Shown: piece after piece, positions 56,301 through 64,000 of the stretch
How the letters are laid out: each line of letters starts with the position of its first letter
Position numbering within the stretch: position 1 is the first letter of the stretch
Source: Auanema rhodensis
Taxonomy: Eukaryota > Animalia > Nematoda
Length of the DNA stretch: 64,000 nucleotides
Assembly: GCA_964057225.1 (NCBI GenBank)
Contig: OZ059896.1
Span: 22,010,001-22,074,000, forward strand
Direction of reading: 5' to 3'
Translations under genes and position numbers: made by a program
Notes under the pieces: model-generated
Database searches by the model: none
Told to the model about the DNA's origin: nothing
Seen by the model: only the letters and a program-made list of their open reading frames with translations

Positions 56301-56861
56301 AAAATGTTTTTGGAAGCAATGTTGATTGTACATGGAAACTCAACATACACTAATGCATCATTTTTCAAACGATCATAACTAATTTTTGTATTAAGCGTTT
56401 CTCAATGTAGTATAGTGTATTCGATGCGGATTTTTAAGCTGCGTCGATCTGTGTTATCAGATTTGCGCTAGCTTAAAAATGCACCGAGATATCAACTGAT
56501 ATAAGTTCACACTTATATCCTCGATTTTCACCCTGAAGAATTAATTTTTTCGTCGAATAACATTGTCCATCGTCTTTGCTTTAAAAAAAGGAATCTAAAA
56601 ACATCTACTTTTTGCTAAATTATTCTGAAATTTTTTGAAAACATTTTTGTCAAAATGTTTTTGGAAGCAATGTTGTTTGTACATGGAAACTCAACATACA
56701 CTAATGCATCATTTTTCAAACGATCATAACTAATTTTTGTATTAAGCGTTTCTCAATGTAGTATAGTGCATTTGATGCGGATTTTTAAGCTGCGTCGATC
56801 TGTGTTATCAGATTTGCGCTAGCTTAAAAATGCACCGAGATATCAACTGATATAAGTTCAC
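47387..56861. repeat. Duplication of about 10-11 monomers with a nested 6-monomer duplication (49141-51246 / 51247-53352)
   Basis: The shared T6>T5 deletion (47421/53387), TATCAAG and CTCAGTG variants recur at offset about 5966. TAAGGCAT and TTGAGCTG recur at offset 2106. Confidence 0.8.
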
Positions 56862-59800
56862 ACTTATATCCTCGATTTTCACCCTGAAGAATTAATTTTT
56901 TCGTTGAATAACATTGTCCATCGTTTTTGCCTTGAAAAAAGAAATCTAAAAACATCTACTTTTTGCTAAATTATTCTGAAATTTTTCGAAAAAAGTTTTG
57001 TCAAAATGTTTTTGGAAGCAATGTTGATTGTACATGGAAACTCAACATACACTAATGCATCATTTTTCAAACGATCATAACTAATTTTTGTATTAAGCGT
57101 TTCTCAATGTAGTATAGTGCATTCGATGCGGATTTTTAAGCTGCGTCGATCTGTGTTATCAGATTTGCGCTAGCTTAAAAATGCACCGAGATATCAACTG
57201 ATATAAGTTCACACTTATATCCTCGATTTTCACCCTGAAGAATTAATTTTTTCGTCGAATAACATTGTCCATCGTCTTTGCCTTAAAAAAAGGAATCTAA
57301 AAACATCTACTTTTTGCTAAATTATTCTGAAATTTTTTGAAAACATTTTTGTCAAAATGTTTTTGGAAGCAATGTTGTTTGTACATGGAAACTCAACATA
57401 CACTAATGCATCATTTTTCAAACGATCATAACTAATTTTTGTATTAAGCGTTTCTCAATGTAGTATAGTGCATTTGATGCGGATTTTTAAGCTGCGTCGA
57501 TCTGTGTTATCAGATTTGCGCTAGCTTAAAAATGCACCGAGATATCAACTGATATAAGTTCACACTTATATCCTCGATTTTCACCCTGAAGAATTAATTT
57601 TTTCGTTGAATAACATTGTCCATCGTTTTTGCCTTGAAAAAAGAAATCTAAAAACATCTACTTTTTGCTAAATTATTCTGAAATTTTTCGAAAAAAGTTT
57701 TGTCAAAATGTTTTTGGAAGCAATGTTGATTGTACATGGAAACTCAACATACACTAATGCATCATTTTTCAAACGATCATAACTAATTTTTGTATTAAGC
57801 GTTTCTCAATGTAGTATAGTGTATTCGATGCGGATTTTTAAGCTGCGTCGATCTGTGTTATCAGATTTGCGCTAGCTTAAAAATGCACCGAGATATCAAC
57901 TGATATAAGTTCACACTTATATCCTCGATTTTCACCCTGAAGAATTAATTTTTTCGTCGAATAACATTGTCCATCGTCTTTGCTTTGAAAAAAGGAATCT
58001 AAAAACATCTACTTTTTGCTAAATTATTTTGAAATTTTTCGAAAAAATTTTTGTCAAAATGTTTTTGGAAGCAATGTTGAGTGTACATGGAAACTCAACA
58101 TACACTAATGCATCATGTTTCAAACGATCATAACTAATTTTTGTATTAAGCGTTTCTCAATGTAGTATAGTGCATTCGATGCGGATTTTTAAGCTGCGTC
58201 GATCTGTGTTATCAGATTTGCGCTAGCTTAAAAATGCACCGAGATATCAACTGATATATGTTCACACTTATATCCTCGATTTTCACCCTGAAGAATTAAT
58301 TTTTTCGTTGAATAACATTGTCCATCGTCTTTGCCTTAAAAAAAGGAGTCTAAAAACATCTACTTTTTGTTAAATTATTCTGAAATTTTTTGAAAACATT
58401 TTTGTCAAAATGTTTTTGGAAGCAATGTTGATTGTACATGGAAACTCAACATACACTAAGGCATCATTTTTCAAACGATCATAACTAATTTTTGTATTAA
58501 GCGTTTCTCAATGTAGTATAGTGCATTCGATGCGGATTTTTAAGCTGCGTCGATCTGTGTTATCAGATTTGCGCTAGCTTAAAAATGCACCGAGATATCA
58601 ACTGATATAAGTTCACACTTATATCCTCGATTTTCACCCTGAAGAATTGATTTTTTCGTTGAATAACATTGTCCATCGTTTTTGCCTTGAAAAAAGAAAT
58701 CTAAAAACATCTACTTTTTGCTAAATTATTTTGAAATTTTTCGAAAAAATTTTTGTCAAAATGTTTTTGGAAGCAATGTTGATTGTACATGGAAACTCAA
58801 CATACACTAATGCATCATTTTTCAAACGATCATAACTAATTTTTGTATTAAGCGTTTCTCAATGTAGTATAGTGCATTTGATGCGGATTTTTAAGCTGCG
58901 TCGATCTGTGTTATCAGATTTGCGCTAGCTTAAAAATGCACCGAGATATCAACTGATATAAGTTCACACTTGTATCCTCGATTTTCACCCTGAAGAATTA
59001 ATTTTTTCGTTGAATAACATTGTCCATCGTTTTTGCCTTGAAAAAAGAAATCTAAAAACATCTACTTTTTGCTAAATTATTCTGAAATTTTTCGAAAAAA
59101 GTTTTGTCAAAATGTTTTTGGAAGCAATGTTGATTGTACATGGAAACTCAACATACACTAATGCATCATTTTTCAAACGATCATAACTAATTTTTGTATT
59201 AAGCGTTTCTCAATGTAGTATAGTGCATTCGATGCGGATTTTTAAGCTGCGTCGATCTGTGTTATCAGATTTGCGCTAGCTTAAAAATGCACCGAGATAT
59301 CAACTGATATAAGTTCACACTTATATCCTCGATTTTCACCCTGAAGAATTAATTTTTTCGTCGAATAACATTGTCCATCGTCTTTGCTTTGAAAAAAGGA
59401 ATCTAAAAACATCTACTTTTTGCTAAATTATTTTGAAATTTTTCGAAAAAATTTTTGTCAAAATGTTTTTGGAAGCAATGTTGAGTGTACATGGAAACTC
59501 AACATACACTAATGCATCATGTTTCAAACGATCATAACTAATTTTTGTATTAAGCGTTTCTCAATGTAGTATAGTGCATTCGATGCGGATTTTTAAGCTG
59601 CGTCGATCTGTGTTATCCGATTTGCGCTAGCTTAAAAATGCACCGAGATATCAACTGATATATGTTCACACTTATATCCTCGATTTTCACCCTGAAGAAT
59701 TAATTTTTTCGTTGAATAACATTGTCCATCGTCTTTGCCTTAAAAAAAGGAGTCTAAAAACATCTACTTTTTGTTAAATTATTCTGAAATTTTTTGAAAA

Positions 59801-60020
59801 CATTTTTGTCAAAATGTTTTTGGAAGCAATGTTGATTGTACATGGAAACTCAACATACACTAATGCATCATTTTTCAAACGATCATAACTAATTTTTGTA
59901 TCAAGCGTTTCTCAATGTAGTATAGTGCATTCGATGCGGATTTTTAAGCTGCGTCGATCTGTGTTATCAGATTTGCGCTAGCTTAAAAATGCACCGAGAT
60001 ATCAACTGATATAAGTTCAC

Positions 60021-62126
60021 ACTTATATCCTCGATTTTCACCCTGAAGAATTAATTTTTTCGTTGAATAACATTGTCCATCGTCTTTGCCTTAAAAAAAG
60101 GAGTCTAAAAACATCTACTTTTTGTTAAATTATTCTGAAAATTTTTGAAAACATTTTTGTCAAAATGTTTTTGGAAGCAATGTTGATTGTACATGGAAAC
60201 TCAACATACACTAATGCATCATTTTTCAAACGATCATAACTAATTTTTGTATTAAGCGTTTCTCAGTGTAGTATAGTGCATTCGATGCGGATTTTTAAGC
60301 TGCGTCGATCTGTGTTATCAGATTTGCGCTAGCTTAAAAATGCACCGAGATATCAACTGATATAAGTTCACACTTATATCCTCGATTTTCACCCTGAAGA
60401 ATTAATTTTTTCGTTGAATAACATTGTCCATCGTCTTTGCCTTAAAAAAAGGAATCTAAAAACATCTACTTTTTGCTAAATTATTCTGAAATTTTTTGAA
60501 AACATTTTTGTCAAAATGTTTTTGGAAGCAATGTTGATTGTACATGGAAACTCAACATACACTAATGCATCATTTTTCAAACTATCATAACTAATTTTTG
60601 TATTAAGCGTTTCTCAATGTAGTATAGTGCATTTGATGCGGATTTTTAAGCTGCGTCGATCTGTGTTATCAGATTTGCGCTAGCTTAAAAATGCACCGAG
60701 ATATCAACTGATATAAGTTCACACTTATATCCTCGATTTTCACCCTGAAGAATTGATTTTTTCGTTGAATAACATTGTCCATCGTTTTTGCCTTGAAAAA
60801 AGAAATCTAAAAACATCTACTTTTTGCTAAATTATTCTGAAATTTTTCGAAAAAAGTTTTGTCAAAATGTTTTTGGAAGCAATGTTGATTGTACATGGAA
60901 ACTCAACATACACTAATGCATCATTTTTCAAACGATCATAACTAATTTTTGTATTAAGCGTTTCTCAATGTAGTATAGTGCATTCGATGCGGATTTTTAA
61001 GCTGCGTCGATCTGTGTTATCAGATTTGCGCTAGCTTAAAAATGCACCGAGATATCAACTGATATAAGTTCACACTTATATCCTCGATTTTCACCCTGAA
61101 GAATTAATTTTTTCGTTGAATAACATTGTCCATCGTCTTTGCCTTAAAAAAAGGAGTCTAAAAACATCTACTTTTTGTTAAATTATTCTGAAAATTTTTG
61201 AAAACATTTTTGTCAAAATGTTTTTGGAAGCAATGTTGATTGTACATGGAAACTCAACATACACTAATGCATCATTTTTCAAACGATCATAACTAATTTT
61301 TGTATTAAGCGTTTCTCAGTGTAGTATAGTGCATTCGATGCGGATTTTTAAGCTGCGTCGATCTGTGTTATCAGATTTGCGCTAGCTTAAAAATGCACCG
61401 AGATATCAACTGATATAAGTTCACACTTATATCCTCGATTTTCACCCTGAAGAATTAATTTTTTCGTTGAATAACATTGTCCATCGTCTTTGCCTTAAAA
61501 AAAGGAATCTAAAAACATCTACTTTTTGCTAAATTATTCTGAAATTTTTTGAAAACATTTTTGTCAAAATGTTTTTGGAAGCAATGTTGATTGTACATGG
61601 AAACTCAACATACACTAATGCATCATTTTTCAAACTATCATAACTAATTTTTGTATTAAGCGTTTCTCAATGTAGTATAGTGCATTTGATGCGGATTTTT
61701 AAGCTGCGTCGATCTGTGTTATCAGATTTGCGCTAGCTTAAAAATGCACCGAGATATCAACTGATATAAGTTCACACTTATATCCTCGATTTTCACCCTG
61801 AAGAATTGATTTTTTCGTTGAATAACATTGTCCATCGTTTTTGCCTTGAAAAAAGAAATCTAAAAACATCTACTTTTTGCTAAATTATTCTGAAATTTTT
61901 CGAAAAAAGTTTTGTCAAAATGTTTTTGGAAGCAATGTTGATTGTACATGGAAACTCAACATACACTAATGCATCATTTTTCAAACGATCATAACTAATT
62001 TTTGTATTAAGCGTTTCTCAATGTAGTATAGTGCATTCGATGCGGATTTTTAAGCTGCGTCGATCTGTGTTATCAGATTTGCGCTAGCTTAAAAATGCAC
62101 CGAGATATCAACTGATATAAGTTCAC
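60021..62126. repeat. Tandem duplication of a 3-monomer (1053-bp) block
   Basis: Private variants CTGAAAATTT, CTCAGTG and AAACTATCA recur at offset 1053. Confidence 0.85.
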
Positions 62127-64000
62127 ACTTATATCCTCGATTTTCACCCTGAAGAATTAATTTTTTCGTAGAATAACATTGTCCATCGTCTTTGCCTTGA
62201 AAAAAGGAATCTAAAAACATCTACTTTTTGCTAAATTATTTTGAAATTTTTCGAAAAAATTTTTGTTAAAATGTTTTTGGAAGCAATGTTGAGTGTACAT
62301 GGAAACTCAACATACACTAAGGCATCATTTTTCAAACGATCATAACTAATTTTTGTATTAAGCGTTTCTCAATGTAGTATAGTGCATTCGATGCGGATTT
62401 TTAAGCTGCGTCGATCTGTGTTATCAGATTTGCGCTAGCTTAAAAATGCACCGAGATATCAACTGATATAAGTTCACACTTATATCCTCGATTTTCACCC
62501 TGAAGAATTGATTTTTTCGTTGAATAACATTGTCCATCGTTTTTGCCTTGAAAAAAGAAATCTAAAAACATCTACTTTTTGCTAAATTATTTTGAAATTT
62601 TTCGAAAAAATTTTTGTCAAAATGTTTTTGGAAGCAATGTTGATTGTACATGGAAACTCAACATACACTAATGCATCATTTTTCAAACGATCATAACTAA
62701 TTTTTGTATTAAGCGTTTTTCAATGTAGTATAGTGCATTTGATGCGGATTTTTAAGTTGCGTCGATCTGTGTTATCAGATTTGCGCTAGCTTAAAAATGC
62801 ACCGAGATATCAACTGATATAAGTTCACACTTATATCCTCGATTTTCACCCTGAAGAATTGATTTTTTCGTTGAATAACATTGTCCATCGTTTTTGCCTT
62901 GAAAAAAGAAATCTAAAAACATATACTTTTTGCTAAATTATTCTGAAATTTTTTGAAAACATTTTTGTCAAAATGTTTTTGGAAGCAATGTTGATTGTAC
63001 ATGGAAACTCAACATACACTAATGCATCATTTTTCAAACGATCATAACTAATTTTTGTATTAAGCGTTTCTCAATGTAGTATAGTGCATTCGATGCGGAT
63101 TTTTAAGCTGCGTCGATCTGTGTTATCAGATTTGCGCTAGCTTAAAAATGCACCGAGATATCAACTGATATAAGTTCACACTTATATCCTTGATTTTCAC
63201 CCTGAAGAATTAATTTTTTCGTAGAATAACATTGTCCATCGTCTTTGCCTTGAAAAAAGGAATCTAAAAACATCTACTTTTTGCTAAATTATTTTGAAAT
63301 TTTTCGAAAAAATTTTTGTTAAAATGTTTTTGGAAGCAATGTTGAGTGTACATGGAAACTCAACATACACTAAGGCATCATTTTTCAAACGATCATAACT
63401 AATTTTTGTATTAAGCGTTTCTCAATGTAGTATAGTGCATTCGATGCGGATTTTTAAGCTGCGTCGATCTGTGTTATCAGATTTGCGCTAGCTTAAAAAT
63501 GCACCGAGATATCAACTGATATAAGTTCACACTTATATCCTCGATTTTCACCCTGAAGAATTAATTTTTTCGTCGAATAACATTGTCCATCGTCTTTGCC
63601 TTAAAAAAAGGAGTCTAAAAACATCTACTTTTTGTTAAATTATTCTGAAATTTTTTGAAAACATTTTTGTCAAAATGTTTTTGGAAGCAATGTTGATTGT
63701 ACATGGAAACTCAACATACACTAAGGCATCATTTTTCAAACGATCATAACTAATTTTTGTATTAAGCGTTTCTCAATGTAGTATAGTGCATTCGATGCGG
63801 ATTTTTAAGCTGCGTCGATCTGTGTTATCAGATTTGCGCTAGCTTAAAAATGCACCGAGATATCAACTGATATAAGTTCACACTTATATCCTCGATTTTC
63901 ACCCTGAAGAATTGATTTTTTCGTTGAATAACATTGTCCATCGTTTTTGCCTTGAAAAAAGAAATCTAAAAACATCTACTTTTTGCTAAATTATTTTGAA

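Larger units (their letters stand above)
1..64000. repeat. 351-bp monomer satellite DNA tandem array, about 182.3 copies, AT-rich, extending beyond both window ends
   Basis: ACTTATATCC recurs at 1, 352, 703 ... 3511, 7021, 14041, 28081, 35101 and 49141 (1+351n). The register shifts +1 after about 36580, returns after about 47423, and is -1 after about 53389. There is no unique sequence anywhere. Monomer 1 has 56 C and 53 G in 351 bp. Confidence 0.99.
36505..64000. repeat. Variant domain III (monomers 105-183)
   Basis: Markers p83G with p105T (GGAGTC...TTGTTAAAT), p259T (GTGTATT), p202G (CATGTTT), p166T (TTGTTTGTAC) and p195G/A appear only here. Confidence 0.8.

Noticed and set aside
1-64000. 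Rolling-circle, PCR concatemer or collapsed-assembly artefact
   Set aside because: Variants are linked into haplotypes and form nested, position-dependent patterns, unlike random errors or identical copies. Individual block copy numbers still need read validation.
1-64000. Embedded transposon, inversion or simple telomeric repeats
   Set aside because: The monomer register is continuous apart from three 1-bp indels, there is no strand switch, and I saw no TTAGG or TTAGGG arrays.

Overview
The whole 64-kb window is one uninterrupted head-to-tail tandem array of a 351-bp monomer, about 182.3 copies, all in the same orientation. Monomer 1 is about 31% GC by hand count. This is satellite DNA, most plausibly eukaryotic heterochromatin (centromeric, pericentromeric or telomeric); I cannot name the family or host. 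I found no genes, RNA genes, CRISPR spacers or mobile-element insertions, and all six reading frames have stops in every monomer. Monomers differ by only a few substitutions, and I see just three 1-bp indels, all in homopolymer runs. The structure of interest is of two kinds. (i) Each monomer holds four dyad or hairpin elements, and common haplotypes swap one perfect palindrome for another. (ii) Diagnostic variants record nested multi-monomer duplications (2-, 3-, 5-, 6-, about 11- and 23-mers) in three variant-defined domains. Notation pN means position N within a monomer starting ACTTATATCC. Monomer typing was done by eye and should be confirmed computationally. I found no novel gene-encoded system.
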